From Octopus bimaculoides (Eukaryota), in contig NC_068981.1 of NCBI RefSeq assembly GCF_001194135.2, forward strand, positions 193,202,944 to 193,266,943: a stretch of DNA of 64,000 nt, written 5' to 3'. Shown here piece by piece: positions 50,091-62,039 of this stretch. Under the pieces are notes generated by a model that searched no databases, was not told where the DNA came from, and was given only the letters and a program-made list of their open reading frames with translations. The number at the start of each line of letters is the position of its first letter. Position 1 is the stretch's first letter. The position numbers were made by a program, and so were the translations under genes.

Positions 50091-51149
50091 TTGGCAATGG
50101 AGATCATCCTGAAGGCAGCATTGGGATGGTCAGCTCCAATAGAACTTTGACAGGGATTTCAGATGTCACCTCTAAAAGCCTTCATGGACAACACTATAAT
50201 CCTTTCTACAAAGGAGGAAACATGCAGGATGATAAAAGAGTTGGATGAAGTAGTTGCATCTTCTAGAATGTGGTTCAAGCCAACAAAATACCAGATCCTC
50301 TCTCAAGGGAAAGAGTTATGTTCCCTGTAGCCAACCAAAATATTCTTACTACCAATAAGAGAATCTCTAAGGAGATGTAGAACTTTGTATACATAGTTAA
50401 GCATAAAAATGTAGCATCCTTTAAAAAGGATAGAATTTATTTACTGAGTGACATCATCTACATGAAATATAATAGTTAAGTTAGTGTCAACATATTTAAT
50501 GTAGTAAGTAACGAGATATCTAATTAGAAGCACTTGTATGTAAGAACAAGATAGAATAAGATGAATGACCAGGTAATGTTGTGGGACTTATTGTGAAGCA
50601 CAACAATATGGCTGCAGTATTAAGGTGTCAACTTCAAGCCAAGGGATGATAAAAATGATGTTAAGGATTATAAGATAAAATGTGATTGCATAAATAGGTA
50701 AACCTCTTTAAATAAACAGTTTGATGAGATCAGATGTTTTTTTCCATTTAATCTCATTTGATTAAGATCTCAACTACTAATTTGTGTGGGGCATGTTTAA
50801 TGATACACACGATTCTCAATCAATAATGTCTAACTAAAGGAGGCTGGAAAATTAAAAGATAATGAATATGTTTAATTGCTAACACAATAATCTAAAAAAA
50901 ATTGATATTCTTAGTCATAATGAGAAGAAATGTCATCGCAAATAGCACCTTCAATAACAACAAAGAAAAAGCATGTTTGAACAGAGAATAAGTGAACATA
51001 TTTGAAAAGGAGACCCAAAAGATATTCTATGGCTTCATTTATAACTTAAAGAATTACATCTTGATGATGTTAGTGACTAACTATGGTAGTTCATGGCTTA
51101 ATGAATTACTTTTTCATGATGGTAACCTTTTGCTTCTTTCTTCAGGTTT

Positions 51150-51440
51150 ATATTTGTTTGGTGTTTAGGGTATTGCACTCACGATTGCTAGAACATGGTT
51201 GGCGGGTTGTGTTCTTGAGCAAAACACTTCAATTCATGTTGTTCCAGTTCACTCTGCTGTCAATGGGGTAACCCTGCAATGGAATAGTCTTCTGATCGGG
51301 GATGGGGGGAACAATGACCTGCTCACCAGGCCAGTGGGGTGGCATCATTCGAAAGCTAAAACAATGTGAAGTACATTGTGACTAGCAATGTATGATGACA
51401 TATGATAGTCTGGTCGATACTGTAGTACGGTGATATTGGT
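51150..51440 (+). mobile_element. V-domain/CORE-like SINE remnant
   Basis: TTCTTGAGCAAAACACTT...CCAGTTCACTCTGCTG...AACCCTGCAATGGAATAG resembles the V-SINE central domain. Confidence 0.4.
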
Positions 51441-52188
51441 ATAATGAAAGTTGCTAGAATAATGATGAAGTATTTGGATAATAAACATACTACATTAAGT
51501 GGTCTAACATCACCACTGCCATCAACCCCCACCACCACCACCATCACTGTTGTAAAGACCCCCTTCGTTCAGCCTCCTGGCATACCAGTCCTCAGTCAAA
51601 CCATTCAACCCATGTCAGCATGGAAAGCAGACGTTAAACGATGATGATGATGATGATATATATATATATATATANNNNNNNNNNNNNNNNNNNNNNNNNN
51701 NNNNNNNNNNNNNNNNNNNNNNNNNNNNNNNNNNNNNNNNNNNNNNNNNNNNNNNNNNNNNNNNNNNNNNNNNNATATATGTATATATATATATTAACAC
51801 ACAAACATATATATGTATATGTATATATACATACATAGAGGAAGGGAGAGAGAGATGAGGGACACTGCTTGATTGATTTGTAGACAGATAGATGCAGATT
51901 GATAGACTATGACTGAAGAAGCTGTACAACTCTATTATATAAGAATACCTTTACTTCACTGTTGGACACTTCCCTCTGCGTGGCCAAACACCCACCATCA
52001 CTAGACCTCCTCCTTCTCAACCTTCTACTCTAGCTCCTCCTTTTCTTTGCATGTTTGTTCACATATATTTCTCTTTTCCTAATTGTTCCCTGCACTTTGA
52101 CTCGCAACTCACAGCAAAATGAAACTACAAATTAAACTGTAGCACTCTTCAACAACAAAGTCAATAATAGGCTTTGCTTTGTTTTCTG

Positions 52189-52233
<45 letters not shown>

Positions 52234-52645
52234 ATGCATGTCTGTGTGTTTGCTCCACCCCACTCAGACCACCCCACTCAGCCTCCACTGCTTGCTTGTG
52301 CTGCTGGAATCTACCCACTTGATCTATGTCGAATGCAATAAATTATTAGCATTGTTGAAATTAGTACATTTCCAGGACAGTCATTACAAATAAATAAATA
52401 AGTAAATAAATATAAAAAAAACACCCCAAAATAGTCTGAGCAATTTTTAGCTGAGAAAATTACTAATTTTAGATGTCTGAGAACTTTAGGCAAATGATGT
52501 ATCAGAACTGAGTTTTTCTCAATTGCTGCTTCAAAGTTTTTTTCCCCCTCCTTTTTTTTTTAATTGTCCTTAATTAGAGGGTTAGTCAAACGCACTGTTA
52601 AAACATATATGTCAATCAGCAGCTAACATAACTGACTGATCTTAC

Positions 52646-52694
52646 ACTGTCTGGTAGCAAAAGAGACAAATGTATCTGTTCATAAGATTTAAAT
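52646..52694 (-). CDS. Weak candidate exon (49 nt)
   Basis: Acceptor gtctctgttgcag|AT and donor AGT|GTAAGA. Two frames are open; the phase 1-2 reading LNLMNRYICLFCYQT would join 44327-44378. Confidence 0.2.
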
Positions 52695-53079
52695 CTGCAA
52701 CAGAGACTTGTTGTTTTGTGGTATCTGAGGAGTTGATATGATTAATTAACAACCTAACCCTCCCAAAGTACAACAATATCTGTGGCAACACATAATTTCA
52801 CATCATTAAATAAATACGAAAATATTATGATGATGATGATGGTGGTGGTGGGGGTGGTCGTGACGACGATGATGATGACGATGATGATGACGATGATGAT
52901 GACAATGATGATGACACTAATGATAACGAGTGAAAAAAATCCCCATCTGACTCACAAATAGTTAAGAAGGACGGTGAAAAAAATAGACATTTACAATCCT
53001 CTTAAGTATGAAATAGTCCATTTACAATCCTCTAAGTATGAAAAAAAAGTGAAAACTGTACCAACTATTGTTTGGGGCT

Positions 53080-53960
53080 TTAAGAACAGTATCAAAAGAT
53101 AGTGAGAGGAACATAAAGGAAATGGGAATAGAGTGTCTGGCAGAGCTGTTGCAAAAAGTCTTCCTTCCTGGCATAGCCAGAATCATCAGGAAATATTAAT
53201 TGAAGAGAACAAATAGCATGCATGGTGCAGCAGGCTGCAGGTAGCAAATCTGCTACTTGTGCAAGACTCCAGAGTTCCAACGAAACCTCATTTTAAAAAG
53301 AAATACAGTAATAATAATTATTATTATAATAATATCAAAATTAAAAGAAGAGTGCCATTGTTATCTAGTGAACAATATTTCGACATCTTGTGTTGAAGAC
53401 ACAAAAGATGTCGAAATATCCACAAAAGTCTCAGAAAAATTGTCAAAGTCTGTACAAAGACTTAAAGACAGAAATAAACTGGATGTGGGCCATGAACACT
53501 GAAAATTACTTATCAGTGTTCTGAGGGTCATGAAAAAAAAGACTAAACAAATTCACTGACAAACTGCCTGCTTGCATCAACATCCATAAGCTTAGAAATA
53601 TCAGCTTCCTTGGGACAGCCAACGTTCTCAGAAGAGTGCTCTCCATTAAATAGTAACAGCAATATCATTGGACTTGCTAGGACCATGAATTGGATCCAGG
53701 CATTATAAGGAAGGAACAGCAACAGGAATCAGTAAATATCAATAATGATGATGATGATGACAATGATAATAAAACCATCTCAAAAATGTAGTACCTAAGA
53801 ATATCAACTGTACCTGTAATCATCAGAGTTTTGGGGACAATACCTAAAAGTGCTCTTAAACATTATTACCAAATATCAGGAAACTGCAAGGCATCAGAGC
53901 TATAAAAAATTGTTCTCATGGGTACTGCCCACATCCTAAGAAAAACACTGTCAACTTGAA
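53080..53960 (+). mobile_element. Cluster of short R4-like LINE 3' ends
   Basis: Three decayed versions of the C-terminal ...QK..LLGTA.ILRK.L motif (about 53140, 53600, 53900). Confidence 0.6.
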
Positions 53961-53984
53961 AACACTTGATTCTCTTAAAACTGA

Positions 53985-55405
53985 AGTGTTACAAATTTAA
54001 CAGAATCTTAGTTCTCAGATTCTGGCCTTCTTCACATGTTCTATGTCATTGCTAATCATAAATAACACATAAAGTAGAACGTCTGACACCTGAAGTTACT
54101 ATAGCAACAGTCCGGATACTTATTGATCAGACCATGTATTTATGCATCAGTGTTTATGCCCCCCCCCCACTACCATTGCTTGACAACCGCTGTTGGTGTG
54201 TTTACTTCCCCGTAACTTAGCAGCTTGGCAAAAGTGCCAGTTACATGACACTGGCATTAGCCATGACTGTGATTTTACTTGGCTTGATGGGTCTTCTCAA
54301 GCATGACATATCGCTAAAGGTCATCAACTGAGGCCCAACATTTGAAGATCATGCTGCACCACCTTATCTCATGTCTTCCTGAGTCTACCTCTTCCACAGG
54401 TTCCCTCCACAGTTAGAGATCAGCTCTTTTTCACACAGCGGTCCTCATTCATATGCATCACATGACCATATGAGCACAGTCATCTCTCCTGCACACCACA
54501 TCTGATGCCTCTTATGCCCAACTTTTCTCTTAATATGCTTACACTCTGTTGCGCATGCACACTGACATTGCACATCAAGCAGAGCATACTAGCTTCATTT
54601 CTTTCAAGCCTTTGCATATCCTCAGTGGTCACAGCACATGTTTTACTGCCGTGTAGCATGGCTATTCACACACAAGCATTGTAAAATCTGTCTTTCACGT
54701 TGAGGGAGAGGCCCTTTGTCATCAACAGAGGTAGGAGCTCTCTGAACTTTGCCCAGCTTATTCTTATTCTAGCAGCTACACTGAAAGTGTATGAGCCACA
54801 CACAAGTGTACGAGTGGGTCAGATGTTTCCAAGATGGCCGAAAATATGTTGATACTGACGAATGTTCTCAAAGACCTGTAACCAGCAGAACTGAGAAAAA
54901 TATCATGTGCATGCAGTTGTGAGGGGAAATCATCGAATCACCATCCATGGGTTAACAGAAGATGTGTATATTAGTTACGGTTCAGTCCATTATCATTGAA
55001 GATTTGGGTATGAGACGCATGTCTGCTAAGTTTGAGCCAAAACTGCTTTCACCTGACCAAAAAGACACTTGGGTTTCAATTGCACAAAATCTCCTTGATT
55101 GTGTCGAGAACAATGAAAACTTTTTGAAAATTTTGCTTAGGCCTCTGAGCAGGTATTGCCAAGCTTTTGACAAAATTTAATACAGATTCTCTGCTCAACT
55201 TTCCCGGTCATGGTCAATGCAATAATCACACACTACATACCTTCCTTCCAAGCACTGCTGTAAACAGTGGAAGCAAGCTGGAATGTTAAAACTTAGTGCG
55301 CATGCACAATAGAGTTCAAGGTCAATTTGTGCTAAGCAGATTCACTCTCTGTGCTTTAGCTTCGTTACTATAGCAACAATCCGGATACTCATTGATCAGA
55401 CCATG
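53985..55405 (+). mobile_element. Rearranged mariner element with two same-orientation 42-bp TIRs and an intervening RTE fragment
   Basis: TIR-like GTTACTATAGCAAC..CCGGATACT.ATTGATCAGACCATG+TA at 54095-54136 and 55364-55405; transposase TQVYEWVRCFQDGRK...MRRMSAKFEPKLLS. Confidence 0.7.
54240..54785 (-). mobile_element. RTE LINE 3' fragment
   Basis: Reverse complement of the RTE C-terminal region seen at 49400-49800. Confidence 0.8.
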
Positions 55406-57017
55406 TATTTATGCATCTGTGTTTATGCCCCCCTCCACCATTGCTTGACAACTGTTGTTGGTGTGTTTACTTCCTCGTAACTTAGCAGTTTGGCAAAACA
55501 CACTGATAGAATAAGTACTAGGCTTACAAAGAGTAAGTCCTGGAGTCAGTTTGTCCAACTAAAGGCAGTGCTCCAGCATGGCTGTAGTCAAATGACTGAA
55601 ACAAGTAAAAGAATAAAAGAATGTGTATGTATGTGCACATACATGCACGCACGCACACACACACACACACACACGTAAATAAATATTTACCCTTTAATTT
55701 ATTAACCAAGTGCTCTGTTTGCTGATAGTCACTTAGCTTCATTACAGGCCCTTACAATTGTCAAGAGCATTTCTAAGTAAATATATCTTGCGGTTAGATA
55801 TTCTTTTAGTGATAAGATCTTTCATTGACAGTTTACTTTATTAATGCTTATTGCTTCCTATGACTATTTACTCACAACATGTGTCTGATACATAATTACA
55901 CATACATACATATCAACTTCATTGTCGTTGTCGTCATTGCTGTCATCGCTGTCACCATCGCCGTGGTTATCGTCATTGTTTTAACATCCTTTTTTGCGTG
56001 TGTGCATGTGTCAGATGGAATTTGTTGAGGTAGATTTTCTATGACTGAACACTATTTCTCCCATGAGTCCTCACCTATTTCCAAACTGAGGAAATAATTC
56101 CTTTTGGCCAGACATGTTTTCACAGAAGACTGGGAACGAATAACATCGCTTATATGATGGTGAATGTTCTTATGACTATCAGGCAATGTCAAGACAAGGA
56201 AAAACAAACACACACACACACATGCACACACACACACAAGTACATACATGTGCACACACATACACACACAAATGCATGTATTATGTACATGTATATATAT
56301 AAGGACATGCTTTCTTAAGACTCCATCCACCAAATCCACTAACAAGGCATTGGACACTTGCCCAAAGTGCCACACAGAGGACTGAATTTGAAACCATGTA
56401 GATCAGAAGTGAATTTCTTAACTACACAGCCATGCTTGTACCTGTAGCCATCATCATCATCATCATCATCGTTTAATGTTCGTTTTCCATGCTGGCATGG
56501 GTTGGATGGTTCCACTGGGGTCTGGGAAGCCAGGAGGCTGCACCAAGCTCCAATCTGATCTGGCAGTGTTTCTACAGCTGGATGCCATTCCTAATGCCAA
56601 CCACTCCGAGGGTGTAGTAGGTGCTTTTTACATGCCACCGGCACAGGGGATACATATACATATATATAAAATATTGTTTTTCTTTGGTTTTGAAAATTTT
56701 TTTTTTTTTATACAATTGTTTGGAAGTGCTCAGGTCAAACTGGAGATGCCAGACATTATATAAGTTGGTTTAAGAAGAGACAAAATTTAGATAATCATTC
56801 TATTTACATCAACATCATAAATACATATAACACAAAATTACAGCAAGACAAGGAACATATCAATATATTATTTAAAATACAAATAAGAAATACATGAGGT
56901 AAAAATATACATGAAAAGGATGAATAAATAAAGGGTGATATATCGATTAAATATCATATTAAATTTAGGATTAAAAAACGTTGAATTAAGGGTTAAAAGT
57001 TGTAAGATACACCAGTA

Positions 57018-57422
57018 GTAGTGAGAAATCCTAATGATGGATTTAAAAGTTTAGAGGAGTTCTGAAGAAATGTTTATAGAGGGTTATAACGTCAATATGA
57101 AGCAATTCCACAGACGTTTATGGAGTCCATTAGTCAACAAAGAATGAATCCTTTAGTTTCATACTGACAATGTCTCCTTCATCAGGAATAAGTAAATAGA
57201 TAAATATGTTTTCTCTTACATGTCTTCAAACTTAAATATCTATCTATGTATTCCTGATGAAGGGGACATTGTCAGTATGAAACTAAATGATTCATTCTTT
57301 GTTGGCTAATGGACTCCAGAAAACGTCTGTCAAATTGCTTCATTTTGACATTATAACCCTCTATAAACATTTCTTCAGAACTCCTCTAAACTTTTAAATC
57401 CATCATTAGGATTTCTCACTAC
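57018..57422. repeat. Long fold-back element, arms about 173 bp (about 9 differences), 58-nt spacer
   Basis: 57018-57190 is the reverse complement of 57249-57422, compared base by base. Confidence 0.95.
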
Positions 57423-57600
57423 CGCTGATGTAGGACTCAAAGCAGAGACTAAAGGATTTTTAATTGCAGCACAAGACCAAAGCCTCCCCACCAGAAATTA
57501 CCAAAAGCATAATGAAAAGAAACATAACAAGTAACTGCAGAATATGTGGTGATGGACAACAAACAATAGATCATATCTCTGGTTGTCCAGTCCTGGCTGA
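57423..57600 (+). mobile_element. R4-like LINE fragment (zinc-knuckle region)
   Basis: GLKAETKGFLIAAQDQSLPTRNYQKH...CRICGDGQQTIDHISGCPVLA. Confidence 0.8.
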
Positions 57601-57635
57601 AACAAGTAAAAAAGTAAAAGAGTATGAATATATAT

Positions 57636-57798
57636 AGGTGCAGGAGTGGCTGGGTGGTAAGAAGCTTGCTTCCCAACCACATGGTTCCGGGTTCAGTCCC
57701 ACTGTGTAGCACCTTGAGCAAGTGTCTTCTACTATAGCCTTGGGCCAGCCAAGGCCTTGTGAGTGTATTTGGTAGATGGATACTAAAAGAAGCCCATC

Positions 57799-57844
<46 letters not shown>

Positions 57845-58062
57845 ATGTATGTATATATTAGTATGTCTGATTTTTCTCCTCACCATCATTTGACAACCAA
57901 TGTTGGTGTGTTTACATTCCTGTAATTTAGCAGTTTGCCAAAAGCAACTCATAGAATAATTACCTAGGCTTACAAAGAATAAATCTCAGGGTTGATTTGT
58001 TCAACTAAAGGCGGTGCTTCAGCATGACCACAGTCAAATGACGAACAAGTAAAAGAATAAAT
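57636..58062 (+). mobile_element. Near-complete tRNA-derived SINE, the most abundant family in this window
   Basis: A-box GGAGTGGCTGGGTGGTAAG, B-box GGTTCAGTCCC, body, internal (TA)n, tail ...AAGGCGGTGCTTCAGCATG...AAGTAAAAGAATAAA. Confidence 0.85.
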
Positions 58063-58204
58063 AGATATGTATATATATGTGTGTGTGGATGCGGGCATGT
58101 GTGTGTGTGTGTCTGTGTCTGTGTGTGTATGTATATATATATNNNNNNNNNNNNNNNNNNNNNNNNNNNNATATATATATATATATATATACACACATAC
58201 ATAT

Positions 58205-58780
58205 ATGTATGTATATAAAACCATCTCTTTCCACACCATCAAAAGCTTTCATAAAATCAGACATGGCAAAATGGGGATTTACTATCGATAGGCATTTTTC
58301 TAAATTTGTTGCTTGGTCTCCAAGACACAAGAAATCCACATCCGCATTCAAGAAGAATTTGCTCAAATACATTTTTTTTGTTTTGTAGTTATTTAGCAGA
58401 ATTTTTCATATCATAGAAAAGAAATTCTGTAAGAATTTCTAGTCCTACTGACTCTCCATCCTCTTGTAAATGCTAATTATCTGTTCATCTTTGAAGTGTT
58501 ATAGAAGATTATTGCATTGCCAAAATTTGTTTCCACCACATTTATAGACTTTATCAGGAATGCTCTGAAATTCAGGAGCTTTCCCTGGTTTTGTTTTGTG
58601 AATGGCAGCTTCTAGTTCTTCCATATTCAGCAGTAATTCCAAATTGCTATCTTTTGGAGACTGATGAACATATTCTAGAGTCACACTTAGAATTGGTAAA
58701 AAAGTGAAAAATGGAACAAAACCACTTCTGTAATCTTCTGCTACCACAGTATTTGCAATAATCTTTTGAAACCACAAACA
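58205..58780 (-). mobile_element. LINE (RTE/L2-type) RT N-terminal fragment
   Basis: EELEAAIHKTKPGKAPEFQSIPDKVYKCGG and SDFMKAFDGVER. Confidence 0.8.
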
Positions 58781-59499
58781 ATAAACAACTCACCAAATTC
58801 TAACACACTGTGATTGTGTGTGTGTGTGTGAAAATATTTAATCCATAAACATTGATCTGACCAAACATTTGGCTAATCAGGATAAGTCATAAGTGGAACA
58901 GAATATATTTTGTTGGACTAATGATTATGAACTGAATATTTTATTCCGTATCAATCTTACTGTTGAGTACTTCATTCATGGCTTCTTTTTGAACTTGATA
59001 CATCTTGGAATAATATATATAAAAACATTATTACTGTTAAAAACAGTAATAAGGAGGTGGTTAGTCATCACCATCATCTAACATTCGTTTTCCATGCTGG
59101 CATGAGTTAGATGATTTGACAGAAGCTGGTAAGGCCAGGAGCTACATTAGGCTCCATTGTCTGTTTTGGCTTGGTTTCTATAGCTGGATGCCCTTCCTAA
59201 TGCCAACCACTTTACAGAGTGTCCGGCACCAGCACTGGTGTTTTTATGTGGCACCAACACCAACAGGGTCACTGAGTAATTTGCTAGACAAAAACTCCCT
59301 CAGCTTGGAGGTGAGAGTAGGAGTGTGTGGGGGTAGCTTTATGCCAGTTGATGAGGTACAGAGAGAGAGAGAGAGAGAGGGAGTATGGTGTCCTGCTGTA
59401 AAGTAGATACAAGAATATTCCAGTTGAAAAAGAAAGGAAGGGAGGTGGGTTAGAGAGCAAGATAAAGAGAGGGGTTGAGTCAGTGAATATATATATAGA

Positions 59500-59860
59500 T
59501 TCCCCTCTAATGATCAGTCCTTGTCGTGGAGGAGGGGCTTGTGTGAACCAATGACTCAGAGTAATGCCTTTGGGAGTTCTAAACTCCTTCTAGGGTCACC
59601 CTTGGCAGCAAGGTTGAGGATGAGAATCCAGAGTAAGTGTGAACCCCCCCACCACCACCACCAAAGACCCCAACAGTGGAACAAGTGGATGATGATTACA
59701 ACAGATCCCCATGCTCGAACCAGTGGATGAAGAGGGTTATGCATGATGGACATGCTACAGAAGGTACCACCGAAAACTATAATTGGGTGAATGACAGTCC
59801 ATTACAGTTTCATAACTGGTTCCTACATGTCTCATTCTTTATGTGTCACAGAGGAAGGTC
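59500..59860 (+). mobile_element. RTE-clade 5' UTR remnant
   Basis: TTGTCGTGGAGGAGGGGCTTGTGTGAACCAATGA...AGGGTCACCCTTGG resembles conserved RTE/BovB-type 5' UTRs. Confidence 0.5.
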
Positions 59861-60279
59861 ATGAAATCAAGTGTGTGGGTCATTTCCTAGCAAGTTGAGG
59901 TCTACATTTAAACAAATCCCTTGACACTTCTACATTGATCATGACAATATATTTAATATTTGTGATTAAATATGATATGGATTGTGCAAACAGGGAACTG
60001 AGGTGCTGCTGCAATTCTATCAGCTCTTCAAATACAACAATTATTTTGACCAGAATCTGACATTTAAGAAGGAATATTAAATCACTATTCAGTTGGCATT
60101 ACATTACATATCCTAATTTAGTGAATGGATGAAATAATAATTACAGAAAACAGGAAGCCCAATGGAAAACTAAAACCTTTTAATATAACAAAGAAGTACA
60201 TGGTGCAAAAAATACAATTGAACTCTTTCTGAATCTACTCATAGATTACTGATTACAATTTCCAGATATTACAACTTAC

Positions 60280-60539
60280 CCACCCCACTCCATCTTCTGC
60301 TTCTTAATTCCTTCCTCCTTTTTGTTTTCTTTTTCTTTGTTTCCTTGGTGAGGTAGTTATGGGTTTTTTCCTGATGATTTGATTTTTTATACTTTTAATG
60401 TTTTTTTTTTTATATTTCCAGACATCAAATCTTGGCCACTCTTTCTTCTTTTACCATTGTCTTCTCTTCAATATCCTGTTTAAGGTCTTGCAGGAATTCA
60501 TCTTTGTAATCTTATATGTTTTTATTATTAGTGTTGATG
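60280..60539 (-). other. Weak candidate upstream exon, possibly 5' UTR
   Basis: Long polypyrimidine tract plus gcag| at 60539 and consensus donor TGG|GTAAGT at 60280 (alternative ATG|GTAAAA at 60455). No frame is open across the full length. Confidence 0.25.
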
Positions 60540-61079
60540 CTGCCAAGGCATGAAATGATGGAAATCGGAAGAAAACAAAAGAATCAAAGAATTATTATGT
60601 GAATGTTTTCAAAGATTTTCATTAAACATTTGCAGAAGGTCTGGAAATAGTTTAGTGTTTGTTAGTATTTATGGATGTTTGTAGAATCATACATTCTTTT
60701 ATTTATATTGCATTATAGTAGTAAGCAAGAGTCATCATCATCTAATTTTGATTTCCAATCATGTGAGAAAACATGCCTGGTCATGGGGAAATATTACCTT
60801 AATTGGAAATAGGGGAGAGCTCGTGACTTGAAGGGCATCCAACTGTAGAAATCCACCTCAGTAAATGCCATCTGATCCATATGAGCTTGGAAGAATGGAT
60901 GTTAAAACTAGGATGACATGACCTTTTCACCCCCTCCTTAACCTTCCTTTTTGCAGTGCCATCTTCATGCAACCAAACTTGCTTACACCAAAATGCAACC
61001 AGCTCTTATAACCAAACTTGCTTGCATAAAATCTGCTCTGACTTAATGAGCAGACATTATCCATTCTTTATTCTTTTAA

Positions 61080-61511
61080 CCTAGACCAGTGTCGTATAAC
61101 CAGTCCCAGCCCACTCCAAAGCACCTTGGATTGTAGGGCGACATGCTGTGCTTGAGGAGACCTATTGAGTCAAGTACATCAAAACCAAAATCAAATGGAA
61201 ATTGTAGTTGTGATTCCCGTGCCGGTGGCACGTAAAAAGCACCATCCAAACGTGGCTGATGCCAGTGCCACCTCGACTGGCTTCTGTGCTGGTGGCACAT
61301 AAAAAACACCAACTGATCGTGGTCGTTGCCACCCTCCTCTGGCCCCTGTGCTGGTGTCACGTAAAAAGCACCTACTACACTCTCAGAGTGGTTGGCGTTA
61401 GGAAGGGCATCCAACTGTAGAAACATTGCCAGATCAGACTGGAGCCTAGTTGAACTGTCCAACACATGCCAGCATGGAAAACGAACATTAAACGATGATG
61501 ATGATGATGAT
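61080..61511 (+). mobile_element. RTE 3' UTR and tail
   Basis: Shared tail with (GAT)n. Confidence 0.85.
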
Positions 61512-61678
61512 GTTCAAACCCAAAGGTTGTGACCTTGTCGGGGCACTGCCATTTAAGGTGTTGCTTACAGCCCCTAGGCTTCCCGAATGCTCACCTGTTT
61601 CAGCGCTAACTAAGCTTGATGTTGCTTCACTTAGGTGATTGGAAGAGAACTATTGTATGAAATGTCATGATTACAAAC
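61512..61678 (-). mobile_element. Degenerate 5S rRNA-derived head (61563-61678) plus a SINE-type tail; SINE3-like element or 5S pseudogene
   Basis: Minus strand GTTCTCTTCCAATCACCTAAGTGAAGCAACATCAAGCTTAGTTAGCGCTGAAACAGGTGAGCATTCGGGAAGCCTAGGGGCTGTAAGC is colinear with animal 5S rRNA (GTTCTCGTCCGATCACCGAAGTTAAGCAACGTCG...GGTTAGTACTTGGATGGGTGACC...GGGAATACCGGGTG.TGTAGGC). Confidence 0.75.
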
Positions 61679-62039
61679 TTTTCTCTTTCAGCATCATAAA
61701 ACATAGCCTTCAACACCCGACATAAAACCACTTTCTCCTCCCTCAAATTCATTCCCCTTCAGTCAATGGGGTGTTTCCCTTTCTTTACTTTGTCTAGCAA
61801 GTTACTTAGTGACCTCACTGGAGCAAGTGTCATGAGAAAAGCATCCAGCACTCACTGTAAAGTGATTGGTGTTAGGAAGGACATCCAACCATAGTAACCA
61901 ACCAAAACTGGGACCATGCTGCAGCTCGGTGGTTCATCAGACCCTCTCAAACTGTCCAATCCATATCGACATGGGAAACAGATATTAAATGATGATAATG
62001 ATGAATCCCTGCACTTGTCCAGGAAAGTATTGCTCCTCA

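Noticed and set aside
57249-57295. CTGATGA...GAAA in the long fold-back as a functional hammerhead
   Set aside because: Helix II does not close next to GAAA and helix I pairing is absent.
61563-61678. Functional 5S rRNA gene
   Set aside because: C-box and helices are heavily mutated, there is no oligo-T terminator, and it is a single dispersed copy.
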